From positions 1,920,001 to 1,984,000 of the forward strand of contig CBDCWI010000002.1 in the NCBI GenBank assembly GCA_965223325.1: a stretch of 64,000 nucleotides of DNA. The letters are read 5' to 3'. The notes under the pieces were generated by a model. That model was not told where the DNA came from. It did no database searches and saw nothing but the letters and a program-made list of their open reading frames with translations. The stretch comes from Candidatus Multivoradales bacterium. Lineage in GTDB: Bacteria > Acidobacteriota > Thermoanaerobaculia > Multivoradales > Multivoraceae. Both the position numbers and the translations under genes were made by a program. This document shows positions 9,272 to 19,038 of this stretch, one piece after another (position 1 is the first letter of the stretch; the number at the start of each line of letters is the position of its first letter).

Positions 9272-12200
9272 ATGCTGCCGACACCCACCTCACTCCGTTC
9301 GTTTTCCGCTCTCATCCTTTCAACCCTCTGCTGTGCAGCCCTGGCTGCCCCCCAGGGCACCGAAGCCAACGCACCCACCGCCGAGACGTTCAGCGCGCTC
9401 GAGCTGCGCGCTATCGGGCCAGCTCTCCGCTCGGGGCGCATCTCGGATCTCGCCATTCACCCCAACGACCGCAATACCTGGTACGTCGCCGCGGGCTCGG
9501 GCGGCGTCTGGAAGACCACCAACTTCGGCACGACCTGGACGCCGATCTTCGACGATCAGTCTTCGTATTCGATTGGTGCCATCGCGCTCGATCCCACCAA
9601 CCCGGAGGTCATCTGGGTCGGCACAGGCGAGAACTCGAGCGGTCGCCACGTAGGCTTCGGCGACGGGATCTACAAGAGCCTCGACGGCGGCAAGAGCTGG
9701 AACAACTTGGGCCTCGAGTCGTCCGACCACATTGGCAAGATCGTCGTGCACCCCGAAGACGGCCACACCGTCTGGGTGGCGGCCGAGGGGCCACTCTGGT
9801 CCGCTGGCGGTGACCGCGGCCTCTACAAAACGACCGACGGCGGCAACACCTGGAGACGAGTCCTTGCTGTTGACGACAACACCGGGGTCACCGACATCGA
9901 GTATGACCCGCGCAATCCAGACGTCCTCTACGCCGCGACCTACGACCGGCGTCGCAAGGTCTGGGCGCTGCTGCATGGACCGGGCTCGGGAATCCACAAG
10001 TCCATAGACGGCGGAGAAACCTGGACGGAAGTCACCAACGGTCTTCCGAAGGGCGACATGGGCAAGATCGGGCTCGCCGTTTCCCCGATGCGACCCGACG
10101 TGATCTACGCCACCATCGAGGCAAGCCAGGAAGCAGGCAACAACGAAGCCGGCTTCTACAGGTCGACGGACCGAGGAGCGAGCTGGGAAAAGCGGAACGA
10201 CTACCACTCGGGTGGCACGGGACCGCACTACTACCAGGAGATCTACGCCTCACCGCACGTCTTCGACCGGGTCTATCAGATGGCGCCGCGCATCAACATC
10301 ACAGAAGACGGCGGGCTGACGTTTAGAGAACTGGGCGAAGTCGACAAGCACGGCGACAACCACGCGATGGCGTTCCTACCCGACGAACCCGAGTTCCTGC
10401 TCAACGGCTCAGACGGCGGCGTCTACTACACCCACGACCATGCCAAGACCTGGAAGTTCATCCAGAACCTCTCGTTGACCCAGTTCTACAAAGTCGCCGT
10501 CGACTACGACCTGCCCTTCTACAACGTCGCCGGCGGCACGCAAGACAACGGCACTCAGGTCGGTCCGTCACGGACTCTCAACAGTCACGGCATCCGTACC
10601 GCCGACTGGTACGTCGCCTACGGCGCCGATGGCTACATGACGATGGTCGATCCGACCGATCCGAACATTCTCTACGTCACCTGGCAGAACGGGCACCCGC
10701 TACGCTACGACCGCCGCACCGGCGAAGCAATCGACATCCAGCCGCAACCCGGGCCCGACGACGAGCCCGAGCGCTGGAACTGGGATGCCCCGATGATCAT
10801 CTCGCCGCACGATCACAAGCGCATCTACATGGGGTCACAGCGACTCTGGCGCACCGACGACCGCGGCGACTCCTGGACCCAGATCCCAGGCGAGTTCACC
10901 CGCGGTGTGCTGCGCTACGAACGCCCTGTCGACGGTCGCGTTGCCGGCGACGAGGCAGTGTGGGGCAATACCGCCATGTCGTGGCACGCAAACATGACCG
11001 CCATCGCCGAGTCGCCTTTGGTTGAAGGCCTGCTCTACGTCGGCACCGACGACGGCTTGATCCAGGTCAGCGAAGACGGCGGCCAGACCTGGCGTAGGGC
11101 TGACCTAGCGGGCTTCCCGGAGCTGCTCTTCGTCAACGAGATTACCGCCTCGCCAATCGACGAAGACACCGTCTTCGCGTCGGCCGACAACCACAAGATG
11201 GGTGACTACGCGCCCTATCCGCTTCGGAGCGACGACCGCGGGCTCACCTGGCGTTCAATCGCCGGCGACCTGCCCGACCGCCACCTGATCTGGTCGATCC
11301 AACAGGACCACGTCGATCGCAACCTCATCTTTGCCGGCACCGAGTTCGGCATCTACTTCACCACCAACGGTGGCGAACACTGGCTGAAAATGGCGGGCTC
11401 ACCCACCATCGCCTTTCGCGACCTCGAGATCCAACGGCGCGAGAACGACCTCGTCGGCGGCTCGTTCGGTCGCGGCATCTACATCCTCGACGACTATTCG
11501 CCACTTCGCAACCTCGACGGCGAGGTACTCGACCAGGAAGCGCTCCTCTTCGAACCGCGCCGCACCTGGTGGTACGTGCCCTCGACTCCTCACGGCCGCC
11601 GCCCCAAGGGCACCAGCGGCAGCGACTACTTCGTCGCCCCCAACCCGCCCTTTGGGGCCACCTTCACCTACTACCTGCGCGATACACCAGAGAACGAGCG
11701 GCAGGCCCGGAGGGCCGAAGAGCAGGAGCGCCGAGAGGCAGGTGAAGTGGTCCCCTTCCCCGACTGGGACGTGCTGCGCACCGAAGATCGCGACCAGCGC
11801 CTCGGTATCGAGACCCGTGCCCTACTCACCGTACGCGACGACGACGGTGGAGTCGTACGACGCATCGAGGCCCCGGCTCGTGCCGGCATGCAACGCGTCA
11901 CCTGGGACCTCAGATACCCGCTGGCCATGCCAACCAGTATCGAAACCACCGGGCAGGGCGGCGGCTTCGGGCGCTTTGCCCAGGGACCCCTCGCGCCCCC
12001 CGGTCAATACACCGTCGAGCTGGCGCTACTCGAAAAGGGCCAACTTCGCACTCTCGCCGGTCCGCAGCCGTTCGAGGTCCGAGACCTCGAGAACCGAACC
12101 CTCGAAGGCCAGAGCCACGAGGTGACGCGCAGCTTCCAGAGCGAAACCAACGAACTGCTTCGTCGCGCCACAGCCGTCGGCGCCGAACTCGAGCGCACCG

Positions 12201-12583
12201 ACGAGCGGGCGCAACACGTCGAGGTTGCGATCATGCAGACCCCCGGCCTCGACCCCGCCCTCTTCGCTGACGTCCTGGCACTACGCGCCCAACTCGACGA
12301 GCTAGGGCATCGGCTCAACGGTGACCAGACCCTCAACCGCTTCGAAGAACCCACCCTCCCCTCCATCATGCAGCGCATCTTCACGGTCATCGGGGGCCAC
12401 TGGAACACCCGCCTCGGGCCAACCCAGACGCATCGGGAATCGCTCAGTGTCGCCGCCACGCAGCTCGCCGAAGTGCAGAAGACGTTGCGCCAGTTGATCG
12501 AGACCGATCTGGCGAGCATCGAAGATCGGCTCGACAGCGCCAATGCACCTTGGACTCCCGGTCGCAAGCTTCCTGAGCGCTAG
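9272..12583 (+). CDS. BNR/Asp-box (VPS10/sortilin-like) beta-propeller glycosyl hydrolase-like secreted protein
   Basis: Signal peptide; RAIGP..SGRI; many S/TxDGGxTW Asp-boxes; GGTQDNG; helical C-terminus. Confidence 0.9.
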   Translation: MLPTPTSLRSFSALILSTLCCAALAAPQGTEANAPTAETFSALELRAIGPALRSGRISDLAIHPNDRNTWYVAAGSGGVWKTTNFGTTWTPIFDDQSSYSIGAIALDPTNPEVIWVGTGENSSGRHVGFGDGIYKSLDGGKSWNNLGLESSDHIGKIVVHPEDGHTVWVAAEGPLWSAGGDRGLYKTTDGGNTWRRVLAVDDNTGVTDIEYDPRNPDVLYAATYDRRRKVWALLHGPGSGIHKSIDGGETWTEVTNGLPKGDMGKIGLAVSPMRPDVIYATIEASQEAGNNEAGFYRSTDRGASWEKRNDYHSGGTGPHYYQEIYASPHVFDRVYQMAPRINITEDGGLTFRELGEVDKHGDNHAMAFLPDEPEFLLNGSDGGVYYTHDHAKTWKFIQNLSLTQFYKVAVDYDLPFYNVAGGTQDNGTQVGPSRTLNSHGIRTADWYVAYGADGYMTMVDPTDPNILYVTWQNGHPLRYDRRTGEAIDIQPQPGPDDEPERWNWDAPMIISPHDHKRIYMGSQRLWRTDDRGDSWTQIPGEFTRGVLRYERPVDGRVAGDEAVWGNTAMSWHANMTAIAESPLVEGLLYVGTDDGLIQVSEDGGQTWRRADLAGFPELLFVNEITASPIDEDTVFASADNHKMGDYAPYPLRSDDRGLTWRSIAGDLPDRHLIWSIQQDHVDRNLIFAGTEFGIYFTTNGGEHWLKMAGSPTIAFRDLEIQRRENDLVGGSFGRGIYILDDYSPLRNLDGEVLDQEALLFEPRRTWWYVPSTPHGRRPKGTSGSDYFVAPNPPFGATFTYYLRDTPENERQARRAEEQERREAGEVVPFPDWDVLRTEDRDQRLGIETRALLTVRDDDGGVVRRIEAPARAGMQRVTWDLRYPLAMPTSIETTGQGGGFGRFAQGPLAPPGQYTVELALLEKGQLRTLAGPQPFEVRDLENRTLEGQSHEVTRSFQSETNELLRRATAVGAELERTDERAQHVEVAIMQTPGLDPALFADVLALRAQLDELGHRLNGDQTLNRFEEPTLPSIMQRIFTVIGGHWNTRLGPTQTHRESLSVAATQLAEVQKTLRQLIETDLASIEDRLDSANAPWTPGRKLPER

Positions 12584-12765
12584 CCCATGTGAGCCTTGCC
12601 TCTACCTCAGGGCTGGCCCCAAGGCGGCAACTCCTCTCCTGCTCTCGCGACATGCTGGAGCCTCCCCAAACAGAGGCGAACCGTAGCGACCCGGATTTCT
12701 CAGTAGGCGCGGCCCAGACGGCATGAGCTCTGAACTCGCCGACCCTCCGAGGCGCTCGCGAGCCC

Positions 12766-13986
12766 TCAGTCTCTGACTTCGATCGCATCGATCGCGATCT
12801 CGACGGGCGCGAAGGACTCGGGGGCCGTCATGGCGTTCAACACGTCGAACTCCAGGGTGACCCGCTGCTTCTGCTCGAGCGTCTTCACCTGCAGCTCGAG
12901 CGTCGAGTGTTCTGGGATTGAAACGATCCGGGCGCGATTGTGAAACGTCAGAGCGCCCTTGTTCTCGAGCACGAGATTCGACGAACTGTTGTTGGACAGC
13001 TCGAGCTGGAGGACGTTCTCGTCGTCATCATAGTGCGCGTCCGAAACGGTGAGACTCGCTTCGACGAGAGGACGCAGGAACTCCTCCTTGCCGACCAGTA
13101 TGTGATTCGTGATGGCGACTGTACGGCGCGCAAAGAGCGCCTCCTTGAGACTCTCGGCCGTGCGCTCCCTGGCAAACACCAGCGAGATCGGGCGGTGCCC
13201 ACCCTCCGCGACCTGGTAGCGCCAGTCGACCAGACCGTGCACATCGGAGGTTCCGAGAATCGCCAGGTCGTGCTCTAGCGCAATCGCATGGGCCTCGGGC
13301 GAGTAGGTGATGTCGTTGACCACTTCGATGCCCTGAATCAGGCCCTCCTCGATCAACTGCCGGTGAGTGTCTGTGAGCGTCGCGACGCCGTCCGGCTGCT
13401 GGCCCACCCAGTGGGGGTGGTTCCAGAACACGAAGGCACCCTGCTCTTTCGCCATGCGAAACACCCTCACAGCATCGGCGATCGCCTCTTCGGCCAACAT
13501 GCTGCGCAGTGTGGGAACGTCCTGGGTGAGCAGGGGATTGGCATCCTGGATGAACACCGCGTTCGAGTGCCCGGGCGGCATGTAGCGGGTGATCTCCGAA
13601 CCGGCAATCAGAATGAGCGACTCGGCGTCGGGGTCGGCACCTTCGAGTCGGCCCTCGAGATAGTCACGCGCGACCTCGAAGGCCCGGTTGCGATCGGGGT
13701 GCGGAATGTCGTCAGCGTGCGGCTGGTACTCGAGGTGCTCGGTGATCGCCAGCGCATCGAGGCCGTCTTTCTGCGCTTCGCGCACCCGGATGTCTGGCCA
13801 CACCGAACCGTCTGAGAAAACTGAGTGGGTATGAAGGTCGACGCCCAGAGTGCGATAGCCGGGAATGTCTGGAAACACGAGCTCGCGGCCGTGACCGTGA
13901 GACTCGGGGATTTGAGCGAAGGCGGACGGGGCGAGCAAGCACAGCGCTACGAAAAAGCTCGGTGCTGCTCGAAACAAACAGCGCAT
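12766..13986 (-). CDS. PHP-domain phosphoesterase (Sb-PDE-like phosphodiesterase), secreted
   Basis: DLHTHSVFSDG, AITEH, NHP, GTSDVH; signal peptide; GGAGG RBS. Confidence 0.88.
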   Translation of the reverse strand: MRCLFRAAPSFFVALCLLAPSAFAQIPESHGHGRELVFPDIPGYRTLGVDLHTHSVFSDGSVWPDIRVREAQKDGLDALAITEHLEYQPHADDIPHPDRNRAFEVARDYLEGRLEGADPDAESLILIAGSEITRYMPPGHSNAVFIQDANPLLTQDVPTLRSMLAEEAIADAVRVFRMAKEQGAFVFWNHPHWVGQQPDGVATLTDTHRQLIEEGLIQGIEVVNDITYSPEAHAIALEHDLAILGTSDVHGLVDWRYQVAEGGHRPISLVFARERTAESLKEALFARRTVAITNHILVGKEEFLRPLVEASLTVSDAHYDDDENVLQLELSNNSSSNLVLENKGALTFHNRARIVSIPEHSTLELQVKTLEQKQRVTLEFDVLNAMTAPESFAPVEIAIDAIEVRD

Positions 13987-14137
13987 GGCACCTCCTGTGT
14001 TGGGAGCGCCCAACCTATCGCACGGCTCGACCAGCCCGTCTGGTTTCGTGGCTGTAGGTGTTGGCCGGCCCGTCAACCCTTCGATAGGGTCCCTCCTACG
14101 GTGCGACTTCTCCACCACTGAAGCGCTCTAGATCCCA

Positions 14138-14737
14138 ATGGCACTCACGACACTTCTTCTCGGATGGCGCGGCGGGCTTGGCCTTGTCGTTCTGGCTGCC
14201 GTCGCATTCTTCGGGTTCCTGCACTTTCGCGACACGGCACTGGTCACCGAGTTCCATGTGCACCAGTTGATCTTGACGCCGGCTCCCCCATCGCCCGACG
14301 ACCAGGGGCTCGACATCTACATCCAGGTCGATGCGAGTGTCCGACGCCAGGTCGTCGCCCCCGGAGTCTTCGACCGCGAGATCTCCACTCCACCCTACTG
14401 GCACTACTTCACCCTCACCGCCAATGTCGACCGCATCGAGACCTTCTCGCTGGTCTTCGAAAGCGACCGCGGGAGAATGATCCGCTCCCCGATCACTGCC
14501 CGTGATCTCAATCAGAGCAAGGGCGCTCCGGTCGGTGTCACGCGCTTTCACGTTGGACCCGTCGAACTGCCGTTCGAGGAAGGCGACTTCGAGAAGCCAG
14601 GAACTCTAGATGCACGCGCCAGTCTCACAGGGACGCGCGATGGTGCACCGTGGAGTGTTCAGCAAAGTTTCACCTACGAGCGCAACCACCGAACTCTCCT
14701 GGGCAACCGCCTCTGGCACGCCATCATGTCGGTCTAG
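14138..14737 (+). CDS. Hypothetical membrane-anchored protein
   Basis: 199-aa ORF with an N-terminal hydrophobic segment and coding-like codon usage. Confidence 0.65.
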   Translation: MALTTLLLGWRGGLGLVVLAAVAFFGFLHFRDTALVTEFHVHQLILTPAPPSPDDQGLDIYIQVDASVRRQVVAPGVFDREISTPPYWHYFTLTANVDRIETFSLVFESDRGRMIRSPITARDLNQSKGAPVGVTRFHVGPVELPFEEGDFEKPGTLDARASLTGTRDGAPWSVQQSFTYERNHRTLLGNRLWHAIMSV

Positions 14738-14889
14738 CCGAGCGCCACTCCGGCGCCAGCTGCGCCCTGGCCTTCTATCGAAGAGGGCGAAGCGGCTTGA
14801 ATCCGTTGCCGCTGCGTGGGCACATCTCTCTCTGGCAGAATCTCAGCGACCCCACCAACTCACTCATTGTCCGTTGAGAGGAGACTACG

Positions 14890-15546
14890 ATGACGATCGT
14901 CTATGGCGTTCCACTGTCGCCGTTCGTGCGCAAAGTTCGCATTGCCATGGCCGAAAAGGGCCTCGACTATGAACTTGTTCCGGTGATGCCAATGCCGCCG
15001 CACAACCAAACACCGGAGTACAAGGCAATAAGCCCGCTCGGCAAGATCCCGGCGCTCCGTGACGGCGACTTCGCGATCTCCGACTCGTCGGTGATTCTCA
15101 GCTACCTGGACCGCAAGTACCCGTCGCCAGCGCTCCTGCCCAAGAGTGCCGAGGACTGCGCACGGGCACTCTGGTTCGAGGAGCTCGCAGACAGCAAGGT
15201 CATCGAGGCCATCGGTCCAGTGTTCTTCAACCGGATCGTGAAGCCCAACATCATGAACACGGAACCAGACCAATCGTTGATCGACGCGGGTCTCGCCGCC
15301 CTGCCGCCACTGTTCGACTACATTGAAGGACAGCTCGGCGACGACGGCCACCTGGTCGGTAGCACCTTCACCGTCGGCGATGTCGCCCTGGGCTCCGTGT
15401 TGCGCCAGTTCGAAATCGCCGGCGAGAAGACCGATCGCGAGCGCTGGCCGAAGCTCGCTGGCTACTACGACAGGTTGGCCGAGCGCCCTTCCTTCCAGAC
15501 GGTACGCGAGAGCGAGAACAGCTTCCTCGAGACGATGGCGACGTAA
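14890..15546 (+). CDS. Glutathione S-transferase family protein
   Basis: SPFVRKV, SPLGKIPAL, DSSVILSYL, FTVGD; GAGGAG RBS. Confidence 0.93.
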   Translation: MTIVYGVPLSPFVRKVRIAMAEKGLDYELVPVMPMPPHNQTPEYKAISPLGKIPALRDGDFAISDSSVILSYLDRKYPSPALLPKSAEDCARALWFEELADSKVIEAIGPVFFNRIVKPNIMNTEPDQSLIDAGLAALPPLFDYIEGQLGDDGHLVGSTFTVGDVALGSVLRQFEIAGEKTDRERWPKLAGYYDRLAERPSFQTVRESENSFLETMAT

Positions 15547-15574
15547 CAGCGCAGGAGAGGGAACGGCAGGTGCG

Positions 15575-15620
15575 CATGACTTCAGATGTCTCCACCCGCC
15601 GCTTCGCGAGTGAAGTCATG
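15575..15620. promoter_or_regulatory. 10-bp perfect inverted repeat CATGACTTCA-N26-TGAAGTCATG
   Basis: Arms at 15575-15584 and 15611-15620, upstream of the 15653 gene; function not known. Confidence 0.45.
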
Positions 15621-15652
15621 ACACCACCACCAACCCACAGAGGAGACTCATT

Positions 15653-15949
15653 ATGAGCCGCATCAAAGTTCTCTGCTTGGCGCTCTTGATTCCGTTCACC
15701 GCCCTGACGGTCTACGCCGTGTCACAGGTGGGCTTCTTCGGGATCTTCGAGTACCAACTGCACAGCCCCGCGGGCTGGCAGGTAATCGTCGATCTCATCA
15801 TCGCCTGCGCCTTGATCCTGGTGTGGATGTTTAGCGATGCAAAGAAACATGGACGCAACGTCTGGCCCTACGTAGTCGTCACGCTGGTTGCAGGATCGTT
15901 CGGCCCGCTGCTCTACCTTCTTTTCGCGTCGAACGAGCCACGGTCTTGA
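15653..15949 (+). CDS. Small membrane protein (DUF2834-like)
   Basis: Three hydrophobic helices, QVIVDL, GSFGPLLYL; GAGGAG RBS. Confidence 0.8.
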   Translation: MSRIKVLCLALLIPFTALTVYAVSQVGFFGIFEYQLHSPAGWQVIVDLIIACALILVWMFSDAKKHGRNVWPYVVVTLVAGSFGPLLYLLFASNEPRS

Positions 15950-17130
15950 ACACCACGCGTCGACACTGGAGCCTGACGGCGCTCGTTACAACCAGCTTGT
16001 TGCTGGGACTGGGCTGGTTACTCGCTAGAACGTTTGGTTGGTCGCTGGCAAGAACGTCCTCTCCTGTTACCTACCGGGCCTTCCCGGAACCGGCTCGCGG
16101 CACGACCGCTGAGGAGAGCCCCAGGCCTCGCAACATCATTCTGGTGATCGCCGACGGGCTCGGCTTCTCCCACCTCTCGCTCGCCCAGCACACTGCCGGC
16201 ACAGTGCCGGTATGGCATCGGTTCGCGGTCCGCGGCTGGCACGACCCACGACCGATCAAGGGAACGATCACCGATTCCGCCGCCTCGGCAACGGCGTTGG
16301 CCACCGGTAGGTTGACTCGCAACGGCAAGGTCGGGGTCGACGAGAACGACCTGCCACTCGAGTCGGTCTTCGAGCTGGCGTGGCAAGAGGGATATCGCAC
16401 CGGGATCGTGACCGACTCCTACGTCTGGGACGCAACGCCAGCTGCTTTCGCTGCCCACACCTCGAGCCGAGACAACGCCGAGGACATCCTCCGACAACTG
16501 GCATCTGGGCAGCTCGACCTCCTCTTCGGCGAGCTCGAGGACGTCGGCGAAGGCGCAGTGCCGTCGTGGGAAGAGACGGTCGACATCCTGGAGCAGCGCT
16601 TCACACTGCTCGGTGCCGATCTACGTCTCCCTGAAGGCACGGCACTGGACCGGCCGCTGGCCACCATCCACCCAGAAGAGTCGATCACCGATTTCGACTC
16701 AACACCCAACCTGGCAGACATGGTGGCGGTTGCCACGAACCAGCTGGCCGATACCAGAGACCCGTTTCTCCTCCTGATCGAAAGCGAGGAGATCGATTCG
16801 GCTTCTCATCGCCGCGATGGCAAGCGAATGGCCAAGGGCCTCGAAACGCTCTCGTCCGTCGTCGAACAGGTACTCGACTTCGCACAGCACCGTGATGACA
16901 CCCTGGTGGTGTTCACCTCCGACCACGAAACCGGCGGCCTGGCGCTCGGTTTTGACCAGGCCAGCTACCCCGACGTCGTGCCGATGTGGAGCAGCCGGGA
17001 CCATACATCGGCGGTGGTGCCCCTCCTTGCGGCGGGCCCAGGTGCTTCTGGTTTTGGCAGTGTGCAGCGGGCCTGGGAAGTTGGCGTGGTCTTGAAGTCG
17101 CTGATCCAACCGGCCCCGGTACCCGAGTAG
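15946..17130 (+). CDS. Alkaline phosphatase (PhoA family)
   Basis: NIILVIADGLG, TDSAASATALATG (Ser nucleophile), ATPAAF, SDHETGG; TTG start overlaps the upstream stop. Confidence 0.88.
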   Translation: MNTTRRHWSLTALVTTSLLLGLGWLLARTFGWSLARTSSPVTYRAFPEPARGTTAEESPRPRNIILVIADGLGFSHLSLAQHTAGTVPVWHRFAVRGWHDPRPIKGTITDSAASATALATGRLTRNGKVGVDENDLPLESVFELAWQEGYRTGIVTDSYVWDATPAAFAAHTSSRDNAEDILRQLASGQLDLLFGELEDVGEGAVPSWEETVDILEQRFTLLGADLRLPEGTALDRPLATIHPEESITDFDSTPNLADMVAVATNQLADTRDPFLLLIESEEIDSASHRRDGKRMAKGLETLSSVVEQVLDFAQHRDDTLVVFTSDHETGGLALGFDQASYPDVVPMWSSRDHTSAVVPLLAAGPGASGFGSVQRAWEVGVVLKSLIQPAPVPE

Positions 17131-17408
17131 GCAGCGCCCCTCGGCCCAACAGGTGCCGGAGAATCATCGGACGAAAGAGCCGCTGCGCTCAGCCTCGTAG
17201 CAGCTTCTGAATTCCCCGAGCGATGATCTGGCCTGCAGCTCGTTGCACATTCAGTCGGAATCGACAGCTCGATCGCAGGCGTCGCTAGCAAGGGTCTGTT
17301 CGGTGGTCAGTTCAGTGAGGCGGCGTTGCGCAGAAGTGGTTGTCAAACGGCAGACCACACCATCCGACCGCCTGGCAGCTGCAGCGAGCAGCCCCGGTAG
17401 AATCAAGC

Positions 17409-18956
17409 ATGGCTGTCAAGACGCGGCTCCATGCCGAACAACGCCCTCTAGAAGCGGCGCTCGCCGATCACAGGGGTGAGATGTCGTGGGCCGGACTCGA
17501 CGAGCGCATCAACCGCCTGATCGCTGCACTTCGGCGCGCCGGGTTGGCGCCGGAGTCAACGGTGGCGATTCTCGCCAGCAACTGCAACGAGTACTTCGAG
17601 ATCTTCTCGGCGTGTGCCCATGCCTCATTCTGGGCGGTTCCGATCAATCGCCACTTCGCGGCCGAAGAGGTGGCCTACGTACTCGAGAACTCGGACGCCG
17701 ACGCCCTGATCGCCGGGCCTGGCTACGCCGAACTGGCGGCCGAGGCGTCGACCGCGATGTCTGTACGGCTCAAGCTTTCAATCGGCGACGATCCACCTGC
17801 CGGTTTCGAACGCTACGAAGAGGTTCTCGCCAGCGCTCCAGCCGACGAACCGACCGACCAGGGCGAGGGTGGAGTGATGTTCTACACCTCGGGTACCACC
17901 GGCCGCCCCAAGGGAGTGCGCCGTCTCGGCGGTCTGGGCGCGCCGCTCGAACCGTCGCTCCAGCGAGCGGCAGGCTTCGCCATGATGATGGGGATACCGC
18001 CGGCGGGGACCACCCTGGTTTGCGGCCCGGTCTACCACTCGGCACAGTGGGCCTTCTCGATGTTCCCGCTCGACGCCGGCAGCACCCTTGTCACGCGACC
18101 GCGGTTCGACCCCGCCGAGACTCTCGCCCTCATCGATCGTCATCAGGTGACCAACGTTCACCTCGTGCCCACGCAATTCGTGCGCCTCCTCCGCCTCGAC
18201 GAACCGCTAAAGAGCGCCTTCTCCGGCTCGAGCCTGGTTCAGGTTCTGCACGGCGCCGCGCCCTGTTCTCCGGCGGTCAAGCAGCAGATGATCGCCTGGT
18301 GGGGGCCGGTCATCACCGAGTACTACGGAGGCACCGAGGGTGCCGTCATCAGCCTCATCGGCGCCAAAGAATGGCTCGAGCGCCCGACCAGCCTCGGCCG
18401 ACCGCTACCGACCGTAGAGGTCATGGTCCTCGACGACGAAGGCGACCCCTGCCCGCCCGGGACCCCAGGCCTTCTCTACATCAAGAGCCTCATTGGTATG
18501 GACTTCGAGTATCACAAGGACAAAGAGAAGACACAGAACGTCCACCGCGAACCCTTCGTGTTCACCATGGGCGACATTGGCATGCTCGACAGGGAAGGTT
18601 ACATCCATCTCACCGATCGCAAGATCGACATGATCATCTCCGGCGGTGTGAACATCTATCCAGCCGAGATCGAGCGCGTCCTGGCTGATCACCCAGCTGT
18701 CTCCGACGTTGCCGTGTTCGGAATCCCCGACGAAGAATTCGGCGAACAGGTCAAGGCCGCCGTCGTCGTTTCAGCTCCGCCGGCGTCGGCCGAGCTGTCA
18801 GCCGAACTGATTGCGTACTGCAGAGAGCGTCTGGCTGGGTACAAGGTCCCCAAGTCGATCGATTTCGAGACCGCTCTCCCCCGCCAGGAGACCGGCAAGC
18901 TCTTCAAACGAGAACTGCGCGACCACTACTGGGCAGGGCGCGACCGAAAGATCTAG
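17409..18956 (+). CDS. Acyl-CoA synthetase / AMP-binding enzyme
   Basis: YTSGTTGRPKG, YYGGTE, GDIG, DRKIDMIISGGVNIYPAEIE, TGKLFK. Confidence 0.93.
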   Translation: MAVKTRLHAEQRPLEAALADHRGEMSWAGLDERINRLIAALRRAGLAPESTVAILASNCNEYFEIFSACAHASFWAVPINRHFAAEEVAYVLENSDADALIAGPGYAELAAEASTAMSVRLKLSIGDDPPAGFERYEEVLASAPADEPTDQGEGGVMFYTSGTTGRPKGVRRLGGLGAPLEPSLQRAAGFAMMMGIPPAGTTLVCGPVYHSAQWAFSMFPLDAGSTLVTRPRFDPAETLALIDRHQVTNVHLVPTQFVRLLRLDEPLKSAFSGSSLVQVLHGAAPCSPAVKQQMIAWWGPVITEYYGGTEGAVISLIGAKEWLERPTSLGRPLPTVEVMVLDDEGDPCPPGTPGLLYIKSLIGMDFEYHKDKEKTQNVHREPFVFTMGDIGMLDREGYIHLTDRKIDMIISGGVNIYPAEIERVLADHPAVSDVAVFGIPDEEFGEQVKAAVVVSAPPASAELSAELIAYCRERLAGYKVPKSIDFETALPRQETGKLFKRELRDHYWAGRDRKI

Positions 18957-19038
18957 CGACTCTTCGGTCGAGGGCCGTCGACACTCATCATCGCCAACCG
19001 GTCGACACCGACCAGTGGCCTTCCCGCACGACTCGCAG

